Positions 1 through 8,681 of a DNA stretch of 64,000 nucleotides are shown here, piece after piece (the stretch's first letter is position 1; the number at the start of each line of letters is the position of its first letter). Source of the DNA: an uncultured delta proteobacterium. Its GTDB lineage: Bacteria; Myxococcota_A; Polyangia; Fen-1088. Made by a program: the position numbers and the translations under genes. The notes below the pieces were generated by a model. It did no database searches and was not told the origin of the DNA. It saw only the letters and a list, made by a program, of their open reading frames with translations. The stretch covers positions 96,001 to 160,000 of the forward strand of contig CAVWIP010000012.1 of assembly GCA_963755125.1 (NCBI GenBank), read 5' to 3'.

Positions 1-933
1 CTCACCGGGGGCGCCGGCTTCATCGGATCCCACCTGGCCGAGCGCCTGGCCGCTGACAACGAGATCGTGATTCTCGACACCCTCCGGCGCAACGCTCTGT
101 CGTCGGCGGGCCTGGACAAGCATCCTCGCGTGAAGCTCATCAAGGGTGACGTGCTTGACAGCGCAGCGGTTCGCCAAGCCATGGAAGGCTGTGACGCGGT
201 CATTCACCTGGCCTCTATCGCGGGCGTCGACACCGTGCTCAACAATCCCGTGCTCACCATGCGCGTGTCGCTTCTCGGCACCATGAACGTGCTGGAGGCA
301 GCCGCAGCCAAGGGTGGCGTGCGGCGCGTGATCGACTTCTCCACCAGCGAGGTCTTCGGCCGCTACGCCTACAACGTGACCGAATGGGACGCCACCACCT
401 TGGGCGCGGTCGGCGAAGCGCGCTGGACCTATGCGGTGGCCAAGCTGGCCACCGAGCATCTGGCCATGAACTACTGGAAGCAGTATCAGCTTCCCGCCTG
501 TTCGGTTCGCCCGTTCAACATCTACGGTCCGCGCCAGGTTGGTGAGGGCGCGGTCCACCACTTCATCGTGCGGGCCCTGCGGGGCGAGCCCGTACAGGTG
601 CACAACGACGGCTCGCAGATCCGGGCCTGGTGCTATGTGGACGACATCGTGGATGGGATCCTGCTGGCGCTCGAGCGCGAGCAAGCGGTCGGCCACGCCC
701 TCAACATCGGCAACCCGCGTTCGACCCTGACCATCTACGCCCTGGCCAAGGAGATCATCCGGCTGGCCTCCAGCTCGTCCCACATCGAGCATGTGCCCTG
801 GAAACAGGCCGACGTGGAGTTGCGCATCCCCAACATCGACAAAGCCAAGGAGCTGCTCGGCTTCCAGCCGCGCATCGATCTGGAAGAGGGCCTGTTGCGC
901 ACCATCTACTGGTATCGCCGGCATCTGGGTTGA
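1..933 (+). CDS. NAD-dependent epimerase/dehydratase (extended SDR), 5' end outside window
   Basis: Frame is open from base 1: LTGGAGFIGSHL (GxxGxxG), STSEVFG, YAVAK (YxxxK), RPFNIYGPRQ. Confidence 0.92.
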   Translation, partial: LTGGAGFIGSHLAERLAADNEIVILDTLRRNALSSAGLDKHPRVKLIKGDVLDSAAVRQAMEGCDAVIHLASIAGVDTVLNNPVLTMRVSLLGTMNVLEAAAAKGGVRRVIDFSTSEVFGRYAYNVTEWDATTLGAVGEARWTYAVAKLATEHLAMNYWKQYQLPACSVRPFNIYGPRQVGEGAVHHFIVRALRGEPVQVHNDGSQIRAWCYVDDIVDGILLALEREQAVGHALNIGNPRSTLTIYALAKEIIRLASSSSHIEHVPWKQADVELRIPNIDKAKELLGFQPRIDLEEGLLRTIYWYRRHLG

Positions 934-981
934 TGAGTGTGAATCCCGCCCGCCTGTGGCAAAATCGGCCCCCTGTCCACC

Positions 982-1920
982 ATGACTGACGTCGTACTGC
1001 GCGCCGACGATCTGGCCAAGACCTTCAGGCTGGGGTTTCTGCGCAAGCGCATCGAGGCGGTCAAGCAGGCCAGTTTCGAGGTCCGGCGCGGCGAGATCTT
1101 CGGCTACCTCGGCCCCAACGGCTCGGGCAAGACCACCACCCTGAAGATGTTGATGGGGCTGGTCTTCCCCTCGCGCGGCCGCGCCGAGGTGCTGGGCCGG
1201 CCGGTGCCTGATCGGAAGGCCAAGCAACGTCTGGGCTACCTGCCCGAGAGCCCGTACTTCTACGACTACCTGACGCCCGAGGAATTCCTCGACCTGGTCG
1301 GTGCGTTGTTCGACGTGAAGCAGACCGAGCGCCGCGCCCGCGCGGACCGCCTCATCGAACGCGTGGGTCTGTCGTCCGCGCGCGGCCGGCCTCTGCGCAA
1401 GTTTTCCAAGGGCATGCTCCAGCGCATCGGCATCGCGCAGGCCTTGATGGGCGATCCGGAGCTGGTGGTGCTGGACGAGCCCATGACCGGGCTGGACCCC
1501 ATTGGCCGCAAGGAGATTCGTGACCTCATGCTCGACCTCAAGCACGAAGGCCGCACCGTCCTGTATTCCACGCACATCCTGCCCGACGTGGAGATGACCT
1601 GCGACCGCGTGGCCATGATCTTCGCCGGCCGCATCCGCAGCGTGGGGCCGCTGTCCGAGCTGCTCACCGCGCGCCTGCTGTCCACCGAGGTGGCGCTGCG
1701 ACCGGGCGCCGCCGGCCTGCCCGATCTGCCGGCCGGCGCGCGCAGGAGCGAAAATCCCGACGGCCTGGTCATCGACCTGCCGTCCGATGCCGACGTGGAC
1801 GCGTTTCTGCGCGCCGTACTGGCCGCGGGAGCGCGCGTCCATTCGCTGACGCCGCGCCGGGAATCGCTCGAGGATCTCTTCGTGCGCGAGGCCACCAGCC
1901 AGAGCCAGGGGGCCGCATGA
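982..1920 (+). CDS. ABC transporter ATP-binding protein
   Basis: Walker A GPNGSGKT, signature FSKGMLQR, Walker B VVLDEP, H-loop STH. Confidence 0.95.
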   Translation: MTDVVLRADDLAKTFRLGFLRKRIEAVKQASFEVRRGEIFGYLGPNGSGKTTTLKMLMGLVFPSRGRAEVLGRPVPDRKAKQRLGYLPESPYFYDYLTPEEFLDLVGALFDVKQTERRARADRLIERVGLSSARGRPLRKFSKGMLQRIGIAQALMGDPELVVLDEPMTGLDPIGRKEIRDLMLDLKHEGRTVLYSTHILPDVEMTCDRVAMIFAGRIRSVGPLSELLTARLLSTEVALRPGAAGLPDLPAGARRSENPDGLVIDLPSDADVDAFLRAVLAAGARVHSLTPRRESLEDLFVREATSQSQGAA

Positions 1921-2702
1921 GGCGCATCCATGCCATCGCGTGGAACACTTTCCGCGAGGCGGTGCGGAACAAGATCCTCTACAGCCTGCTCTTCTTCGCG
2001 GTGCTGATCATCCTGTCCGCGCTCGCCATGGGCAACCTCACCTTGCACGAAGAGATCCGCATGACCCGCGACATCGGGCTGTTCGGCATCGACGCCTTTG
2101 GCGTGATCATCGCCATCTTCGTGGGGGTGAACCTGCTTTACAAGGAACTGGATCTGAAGACGGTGTACACCATCCTGCCCAAGCCGCTGCACCGCTGGGA
2201 GTTCGTGCTGGGCAAGTGGCTGGGCATGTTGCTGACCCTGGCCGTGCAGATGGGCGTCATGGGTCTGGTGCTGGGCGTGACCCTGTGGTTGCAAGGGGCG
2301 CAGTTCGACACGCCCATGCTCAAGGCGGTGTGGCTGCTCTTCGTCAACGTCATGCTGGTCACCTCCATTGCGGTGTTCTTCTCGGCTTTTTCCAGCCCGT
2401 TTCTCTCGGGCTTCTTCGCCCTCGGTTGCTTCATGGTGGGCCGCTCGGTGCCTGACATCCGTGCGCTGGCCGCCAAGCTGGGCCCCCTGGCCAAGACCGT
2501 GCTGGACACCGGCTGCACCTTGATCCCCAACATGCACCTCTTCTACCCCTCGGGCGCCATCGTGGGCGCCGAGGAAGTCTCGGTCCATCGCGACTTCGTC
2601 GGCGCGTCCTACCTGCTGACCACCACCGGGTATGGAGGGGCCTACTCGCTGATCGTGCTGATCCTCGCCATGCTGATCTTCAGGAAGAGAGACTTCGTCT
2701 GA
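1917..2702 (+). CDS. ABC-2 type transporter permease
   Basis: About 6 TM segments, IAWNTFREAVRNK start, FRKRDFV end; ATGA overlap with the ATPase. Confidence 0.88.
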   Translation: MRRIHAIAWNTFREAVRNKILYSLLFFAVLIILSALAMGNLTLHEEIRMTRDIGLFGIDAFGVIIAIFVGVNLLYKELDLKTVYTILPKPLHRWEFVLGKWLGMLLTLAVQMGVMGLVLGVTLWLQGAQFDTPMLKAVWLLFVNVMLVTSIAVFFSAFSSPFLSGFFALGCFMVGRSVPDIRALAAKLGPLAKTVLDTGCTLIPNMHLFYPSGAIVGAEEVSVHRDFVGASYLLTTTGYGGAYSLIVLILAMLIFRKRDFV

Positions 2703-3355
2703 TGACTGTGCGACGCCCACCCCGGTGGTTGCTGGCCGCCATCGGGGTGGCGCTCGCGCTCGCCGTGGTCGCCGTCCGGCTGCTGGTCGACTCGCGCAGC
2801 GCTCTGCGCGCCGGCCAGATGTCCGAGGAGCGGGGCGACCGGCTGGAGGCCATCCGCCACTATCAGGATGCGGCCCGCCTCTATCTGCCCGGCAGCCCCA
2901 CCGTCCGCGACGCCCTGGATCGTCTGGAGGCCCTGGCCACGGCGGCCGCACAGGCGGGCGACGGGCCCGGCGTGCGCGCCGCGCTGGAGGCGGAACGGGC
3001 CGCCATCCTGTCCACGCGATCGCTGTACATTCCCAATGGATCGCGGCTGCCGCATATCGAACACCGTCTGGCTCGCCTGCTGGCTGCCACCGAGGATCGC
3101 TCGGTTGCCCCCGGGGTCAGCTTCGAAGCCAGGACCGCGTGGCATTTGCAACGGCTGGCGCGCCGGCCAGGGCCGGCCCTGGCCCACGTCGTGCTGGCGC
3201 TTGCCGGCCTGGTGCTGTGGGTGGGCGGCGCCATCGGATTTGTCAGCAGGGGTCTGGACGCCAGGCTACGCCTGCGTCGCCTCCACGCCATCGTCGCAGG
3301 CGTCATCTTCGCCCTGGGGCTGGCGATGTTCCTGGTCGGCCTGCGCCTAGCCTAG
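2702..3355 (+). CDS. hypothetical membrane protein with helical/TPR-like soluble domain
   Basis: One N-terminal and two C-terminal TM segments; TGATG coupling to the permease. Confidence 0.7.
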   Translation: MTVRRPPRWLLAAIGVALALAVVAVRLLVDSRSALRAGQMSEERGDRLEAIRHYQDAARLYLPGSPTVRDALDRLEALATAAAQAGDGPGVRAALEAERAAILSTRSLYIPNGSRLPHIEHRLARLLAATEDRSVAPGVSFEARTAWHLQRLARRPGPALAHVVLALAGLVLWVGGAIGFVSRGLDARLRLRRLHAIVAGVIFALGLAMFLVGLRLA

Positions 3356-3374
3356 ACAACTTGGAAAAAACGTA

Positions 3375-3414
3375 TTTGCGGGACATGCTCAGCTTCGCTG
3401 TCGTGTTCCGCAAA
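3375..3414 (+). other. intergenic RNA hairpin (possible terminator/processing site)
   Basis: TTTGCGGGACATG pairs with CGTGTTCCGCAAA (two G-U pairs), with inner CAGC-TTC-GCTG. Confidence 0.45.
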
Positions 3415-3440
3415 AATTGCCGAAGGTGACGCTACCAACC

Positions 3441-4691
3441 ATGCAGATCCGATGTGAACGCTGCCAGGCCGAGTACGAGCTGGACGACAGCCAGGTGCGT
3501 GGCGGCAGTGTGAGGGTCCACTGCCGGGCCTGCGGACATGTCTTCGCGGTGGCGCAGCCGGGCTCGAACCAGACCGCGGCTGGTGCGTCGGCCACTCACG
3601 CGGAAACCGCCGATTGGTTTTTGCAGACTCCTGATGGAAAGGTTCACCGTCTCCATGGCCTGGCGTCTGTGCACACCTGGATCATCGAGCACAGGATCAC
3701 CCGCCAGGACAGGATCTCCACCGACGGCCACGCCTGGCAACGCGCCAGCGAATTGGTCGAGTTGCTTCCGTTCTTCGACGTGGTGGATCAAGCCAACCGG
3801 GCTCACGCGGACGCCGAGCCTGCGCGCGACCGGGCCGGGCAGGCCAAGCCTTCCCGACGTACGGCAAACTCCCCGACCCAGCGCCGTTCATCACCCCAGG
3901 CCATGGCCATCTCGGTGCCGAACGACGAGGCTCGGGCCAGCCATCTGCGCCCACCGGTCGTTGACATGCAAACCGCGGGGGCCGGTTCGAACCTGCACGC
4001 CCATGGCGCGCTGAAGATCTTCGTCGGTCTGACCGTGGCTGCCGGGGTCGCCTATACCGGCATCCAATGGCAGCGGGGCCGCGTCCACAGCACGGCCATC
4101 GCGACCAGGGCTTCCGGCAGTATCGCGTCCTCGCCGAGCCATCCCTGGGTCCGTCCGCCCGAGGCAAAACCGGATCTGGGAGCAGGGTCTGCCGCGGTCC
4201 AGGAAGCCGATGCTGGCACGATGGCTGGCCTATCGACCAAGGGGCCTGTCGTGGAAGCTCTGCCCTCGCCGCCGCACGAGCAGGTCGAGAGCGTGCCGGA
4301 AAAGATGGCGGCGGTGGTCCGTCCCGAGTCCTACGAGAAGTTGATCGCCAACGGAGATCGCGCGCTGGAGAACGGATCGGACGGCAAGGCCAAGGATTTC
4401 TACCAGAGGGCCCTGCGCATGCGGTCGGCGGGTCCCGACGCACTGTCGGGCCTTGCCTTTGTCGCCCTTGACCGCGGCCAGATCCCAGCCTCCTACGAGC
4501 TATTCAAGCGCGCGCTGGCCGTCAAGCCGTCCTTTGGTCCGGCCTTGTTCGGCATGGCCGAGATCCATCGCGCTCGCGGCGAGAAGGCTCTGGCCTTGCA
4601 GAGCTACCGGCGCTACTTGCAACTGTGGCCCAAGGGCAGCGAAGCCGCTGCGGCACGACGCCAGGTGAAGCTGCTTCAGACGGGCAAGTAG
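3441..4691 (+). CDS. zinc-ribbon (MJ0042-type) / GYF-like / TM / TPR protein
   Basis: CERC...CRAC ribbon, GYF-like segment (WFLQTPDG...WQRASELVELLPFF), one TM, C-terminal TPRs; ATG 3441 preferred over TTG 3417. Confidence 0.8.
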   Translation: MQIRCERCQAEYELDDSQVRGGSVRVHCRACGHVFAVAQPGSNQTAAGASATHAETADWFLQTPDGKVHRLHGLASVHTWIIEHRITRQDRISTDGHAWQRASELVELLPFFDVVDQANRAHADAEPARDRAGQAKPSRRTANSPTQRRSSPQAMAISVPNDEARASHLRPPVVDMQTAGAGSNLHAHGALKIFVGLTVAAGVAYTGIQWQRGRVHSTAIATRASGSIASSPSHPWVRPPEAKPDLGAGSAAVQEADAGTMAGLSTKGPVVEALPSPPHEQVESVPEKMAAVVRPESYEKLIANGDRALENGSDGKAKDFYQRALRMRSAGPDALSGLAFVALDRGQIPASYELFKRALAVKPSFGPALFGMAEIHRARGEKALALQSYRRYLQLWPKGSEAAAARRQVKLLQTGK

Positions 4692-4710
4692 CGAAGCGTG
4701 GCGGCTGCCG

Positions 4711-5529
4711 TCAACTCGTACACAGATCCTTGTTCCTGGCGATCTTCTGGATGTCGCGCAGGCGTTCCTTGACCTGCGCCGCGCGGGGGGATTTGGGATA
4801 GCGCTTGGACAGATCGAGGAAGATGGCCTTTGCGTCGGTGCAGTACTTCATGGCCACGTAGGACTCGCCCAAATACCACATGGCCTCGGGCACTTCCGGG
4901 GAGCGCGAAAAGCGTGACAAGACGGCCAGATACTCCGCGACCGCGAGGCCGTGCTTGAACTCCTGGGCGAAAGACTGCCCGACCTGCAACTGCGCCTGAG
5001 ACGCGCGCGCGTCACTGGGGAAACGCTGGATAAAGGTACGCAGAAAACGGCGGGCCTCCTCGCGCATGCCGCCCGCCAGCCGGCCCTGCGATTCCTTCCA
5101 GAGCGATTCTTTGTCCTCGGGCATGGAGGGAGCCACGCGTTCGATGATCTTCTGCTGTTCCTGCGTGGTCTTCTGCTGGGTCTGTTCCAACGCGGCCAGG
5201 TGCTTCTGCATCTCGTCGAGCAGGTGCTTGGCTTCCTCGAGTTTGCCGGTGAGGGCCGCTATGTCGCTCTCATTGTGCGCCACCTTGGTGCCAAGATCAG
5301 CCGAGTTTCGTTCGAGCAGGCCGGTGGCCTCGTCGAGCAGCTTGCGCAGACGAGCCATCTGGTCGTTGGTGCTGGTCTCGATGGCCTCCATGCGCTTGGA
5401 GAGCCGGGAGATGTCATCGCGTATCTTGTCGCCCTGATCGGTGGTCATCAGGCAACCAGACATAACCAGCACGACCACAAGCAGAGCGCCTGCGGTCGCG
5501 GTGCCAAACCTACCAGGCGCTATCGCCAT
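4711..5529 (-). CDS. cpoB: tol-pal associated coiled-coil/TPR lipoprotein (CpoB/YbgF-like)
   Basis: Lipobox-like MSGC, coiled coil, C-terminal TPRs (RYPKSPRA); directly downstream of pal; ATG 5529 overlaps the pal end. Confidence 0.8.
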   Translation of the reverse strand: MAIAPGRFGTATAGALLVVVLVMSGCLMTTDQGDKIRDDISRLSKRMEAIETSTNDQMARLRKLLDEATGLLERNSADLGTKVAHNESDIAALTGKLEEAKHLLDEMQKHLAALEQTQQKTTQEQQKIIERVAPSMPEDKESLWKESQGRLAGGMREEARRFLRTFIQRFPSDARASQAQLQVGQSFAQEFKHGLAVAEYLAVLSRFSRSPEVPEAMWYLGESYVAMKYCTDAKAIFLDLSKRYPKSPRAAQVKERLRDIQKIARNKDLCTS

Positions 5530-6275
5530 TCGGAGTCGACGCGGCGGTCCTTGGCCCAACCGGTCTCACTGGTGCCGGTGGCATCCAAGGAGCCACGAGG
5601 CACGACGGACATCCGGCTGGCCGCGATTCCGGTTCGCTTGAAATAGTCCTTCACCGACTGAGCGCGCCGGTCAGAGAGCGCCATGTTGTACTCGGTGGTG
5701 CCACGCGGATCGGCGCGGCCGACCAGGCTGACGCTCATGTCCGTCTTCTTCAGGCAGGTCGCGTTCTGAGCCAACACGCTGGTGGCAGCCGAGGTCAGGT
5801 TCGACTTGTCGAAGTCGAAGTAAACCGACTCCAGATCACAGGGCGGCTTGACGGGCTTCTTCTCCGCGCCCACGCACAAACCGTGCACGCACTCTTGATC
5901 CTGGGCGCAGTTCTCGTCTTTGGTGCACTGGGGGGTGGCACACCGTCCGGTCATGCACAGCTTGCCCGCCGGACACTGGGTGTCGGACGTGCAGGCCTGG
6001 CAACGGTTGGCCTTGCAGATCTCACCTTCAGCACACTGGGCGGCATCCTTGCAGTAGCCGGGGATGGCGTTGCAGCGGCCGTTCGTACACTGACGACCCT
6101 CGCCGCAGTCACCGGCGTTGCGGCACTGCTGACACTTGCGCCCCACACAGAATTCCTTCTCTTTGCAATCCTTGTCAGTGTCGCAGGCAGGGTATTCGGG
6201 TTTGCACCCGGCCGCTGCCACGATCAGGAGAGCCCCGAAACATCCAAGCGCCAAAGTCTTCTTCATGTTTTGCAT
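5520..6275 (-). CDS. pal: OmpA/Pal-family lipoprotein with N-terminal Cys-rich repeats
   Basis: Lipobox AAGC; OmpA_C motifs VYFDFDKS, GRADPRGTTEYNMALSDRRA, DRRVD. Confidence 0.88.
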   Translation of the reverse strand: MQNMKKTLALGCFGALLIVAAAGCKPEYPACDTDKDCKEKEFCVGRKCQQCRNAGDCGEGRQCTNGRCNAIPGYCKDAAQCAEGEICKANRCQACTSDTQCPAGKLCMTGRCATPQCTKDENCAQDQECVHGLCVGAEKKPVKPPCDLESVYFDFDKSNLTSAATSVLAQNATCLKKTDMSVSLVGRADPRGTTEYNMALSDRRAQSVKDYFKRTGIAASRMSVVPRGSLDATGTSETGWAKDRRVDSEWR

Positions 6276-6410
6276 GGCCTTGCCTCGGCAGGTTTCTAGG
6301 GCGGCTTCGGCTCGCTGTCAACGGCCATCCATAGTCCGGGTCACTGGGGTCGTGCGGAAACCAGCCTAACATCTGAAATCGTGCTATGGGATGAGCGGAA
6401 AGCCCGTGGA

Positions 6411-7028
6411 ATGGATTGGCTGGTTGCCCAACTAACCTCGCTCCCGCCGTCGGCCGTGTACGATACCCTGGCGGGCATATTGCTGCTTTGCGGCCTGGGG
6501 CTTCCGATCCCGGAGGACGTCTCACTCATCTCGGCCGGCTACCTGGCCCACCTGGGCATCGTGAACCTGCACACGGTCTTCTTGGTGTGTTTCGCGTCGG
6601 TGCTGGGGGGCGATTGCATTGCCTTCATGCTGGGTCGCCTGTTCGGTTCGCGCCTGCTCGACAGCCGGCTGGCCAAACGCTTCTTCAGGCCGCGTAAACA
6701 GATTCGCGTGCGGGCCTATTTCCGCAAGTTCGGCAGCAAGGTCATCTTCATTGCGCGTTTTCTGCCCGGTCTACGCTTCTCGATCTACTTGTCGGCCGGG
6801 ACGCTGCGGGTGCGGCCATCCGTCTTCATCACCTATGATTCACTGGCGGCTCTGGTTTCGGTGCCGGCGCTGGTCTACCTGGCCTGGGCCTTTGGCGAAC
6901 ACATAGACCACGTGGTTAGCTGGGCTCGGCGCTCGGAGTACGGCATCCTGATCCTGGTCCTGCTGGCTATGGTCTGGTTCGCGGTGAAGCTGCTGCGCAA
7001 GCGTCGGCACGAAACAGCGAAAGCCTAG
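6411..7028 (+). CDS. DedA family membrane protein
   Basis: GLPIPED, GDCIAFMLGR and FIARFLPGLR motifs. Confidence 0.92.
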   Translation: MDWLVAQLTSLPPSAVYDTLAGILLLCGLGLPIPEDVSLISAGYLAHLGIVNLHTVFLVCFASVLGGDCIAFMLGRLFGSRLLDSRLAKRFFRPRKQIRVRAYFRKFGSKVIFIARFLPGLRFSIYLSAGTLRVRPSVFITYDSLAALVSVPALVYLAWAFGEHIDHVVSWARRSEYGILILVLLAMVWFAVKLLRKRRHETAKA

Positions 7029-7029
7029 T

Positions 7030-7803
7030 CTAGGGAAAGCGAACCTGCACGCCGAGCCCGGTGTCGAGTTCCAGGCGGAACCAGCGCGTGAACCCCATGG
7101 TCCATCCAACCTGAAAGAAGAATCCCACGTTCCTGATGGCGTCGTACATGATGCCGTCGGCGTTGCGAAGCGCGAAGTCGCTCTTCGACACCTCGATGTA
7201 GTCGGTATGGTCGTAGATGGCCTGACCGGTGGCATAGAACTTCAACGCCACGCCCTGGTCCAGCCAGTAGCGGACGCCGGGCGCCACAGCGAACTGATGG
7301 CTGCCGTGAGTGGCAGGATCCTCCTGAATGCCAAAGCGCAGGTCGACTATGAGATCGAGACGGGGGTGGACACCGTAGGAGAGTTGCAGGTCGAGGAAGA
7401 AAGGCAGGAGGTGAGTGCACACACGCCGGTTGCCCTGGTTGCCCGAGGAGTCGCCGCACCAAATATTGTCCTGGTACGGAACGATTACGCGGTATCCGGT
7501 GCCGGGCATGATGGATATCCCGCCCTGGCCAAAGTGATTGATCTCAGCCGGCGGCGCCCAAGTCGATGGCTTTTCTGGCGTCGCTGGAGATTCCTCCGCA
7601 GCCTGGGCCTTGCGACGTTTCGCCGGCCGTCCGGCCGCTGCGCCGCCGGACTCGGAGGCCGAGGCGGCCGTGTCATCGGCTTCCGCTCCAGGTTCTGCCT
7701 GGGGCGCCGCTGCCGGCTTCTCGCCGGCCCAGACGTTTTGGGCGACAGTTCCCGCCACAACCATCATACTTACGAAAATGACGACGCGACACGGCGTTTG
7801 CAT
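7030..7803 (-). CDS. putative outer-membrane beta-barrel protein
   Basis: Signal peptide ending VWA, Ala/Pro-rich linker, amphipathic strands, ends GVQVRFP; start uncertain (7803 or about 7770). Confidence 0.65.
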   Translation of the reverse strand: MQTPCRVVIFVSMMVVAGTVAQNVWAGEKPAAAPQAEPGAEADDTAASASESGGAAAGRPAKRRKAQAAEESPATPEKPSTWAPPAEINHFGQGGISIMPGTGYRVIVPYQDNIWCGDSSGNQGNRRVCTHLLPFFLDLQLSYGVHPRLDLIVDLRFGIQEDPATHGSHQFAVAPGVRYWLDQGVALKFYATGQAIYDHTDYIEVSKSDFALRNADGIMYDAIRNVGFFFQVGWTMGFTRWFRLELDTGLGVQVRFP

Positions 7804-7821
7804 GGCAGGCAACAGTATCGG

Positions 7822-8619
7822 ATGACCGCGAACCGTTTGCCAGAGCCACGAGACATCAGCCGCCGGGCCGTGCTGGCCGCGTTGCTGGGCGCGGGGCTGT
7901 GGGCCCGCGCCGGTCTGGCTCGCGCCATCGGCGATTCGTCGCGGATTCGTCTGGCGCGGCTGCACCTGCCCGACCTTCCCGATCCGCGTCCCACCGCCTT
8001 GCGACGCCTGGCCTGGGAACTGGAACGTCGCACCAGCCTGATCGCCGTCCCGGACCCCATCGCGCTGGCCCCAGCCAGCCCGGATCTCTTTCGCTATCCG
8101 CTGGTCTTGCTGTCGGGCGATCGCACATTTTCCCAGCCTTCCGAGGCGGAGGTCGCGCGCTTGCGTCGCTTCCTGACTTTCGGCGGCTGCCTGCTGGTTG
8201 ATTCAGCCGAGGGTCGTGCCGGCGGCGCCTTCGACACCTCGGTGCGCAAGCTCCTGGCGCAGATCCTGCCCGGCGACATGCCGGCCCGTGTGCCCGACGA
8301 GCATGTGCTGTGGAAGTCATTCTACATTCTCCACGGGGTGGCGGGCCGCGTGCTGGCAGCGCCTTACCTGGAGGGCGTGGAACGTGATCGCCGTCTGGCC
8401 GTGATCTACACGCAGAACGATCTGTGCGGCGCCTTGGCGCGCGACGGGTACGGTCGCTGGGAGCACGACGTGGTTCCGGGTGGTGAAGAGCAACGCGAAC
8501 AGGCCTTCCGTTTCGCGGTCAACGTCGTGATGTACGCCCTGTGCCTGGACTACAAGACCGAGCAGGCCCACATCGACTTCATCATGCGCACGCGGCGCGC
8601 GCGGCCGGGGATTCCCTAG
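7822..8619 (+). CDS. DUF4159 domain protein with Tat-like N-terminus
   Basis: SRRAVL leader; LRRFLTFGGCLLVD, HVLWKSFY, NVVMYALCLDYK motifs. Confidence 0.82.
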   Translation: MTANRLPEPRDISRRAVLAALLGAGLWARAGLARAIGDSSRIRLARLHLPDLPDPRPTALRRLAWELERRTSLIAVPDPIALAPASPDLFRYPLVLLSGDRTFSQPSEAEVARLRRFLTFGGCLLVDSAEGRAGGAFDTSVRKLLAQILPGDMPARVPDEHVLWKSFYILHGVAGRVLAAPYLEGVERDRRLAVIYTQNDLCGALARDGYGRWEHDVVPGGEEQREQAFRFAVNVVMYALCLDYKTEQAHIDFIMRTRRARPGIP

Positions 8620-8641
8620 GCGGTTTCAACCGGTCGAGAAT

Positions 8642-8657
8642 GCTTGCATATGCAAGC
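8642..8657. promoter_or_regulatory. perfect 16-bp palindrome (candidate repressor operator) overlapping putative -35 of the RND operon
   Basis: GCTTGCATATGCAAGC; TTGCAT-N17-TAGAGC; 24 bp before ATG 8682. Confidence 0.6.
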
Positions 8658-8681
8658 TTTGGGCGCTAGAGCTACCCGGCT

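Noticed and set aside
7207..7821. Long N-terminal extensions in the ORF track (also 26097, 35467, 56095, 57608)
   Set aside because: They overlap other real genes; internal starts with RBS or stop-start coupling fit better.
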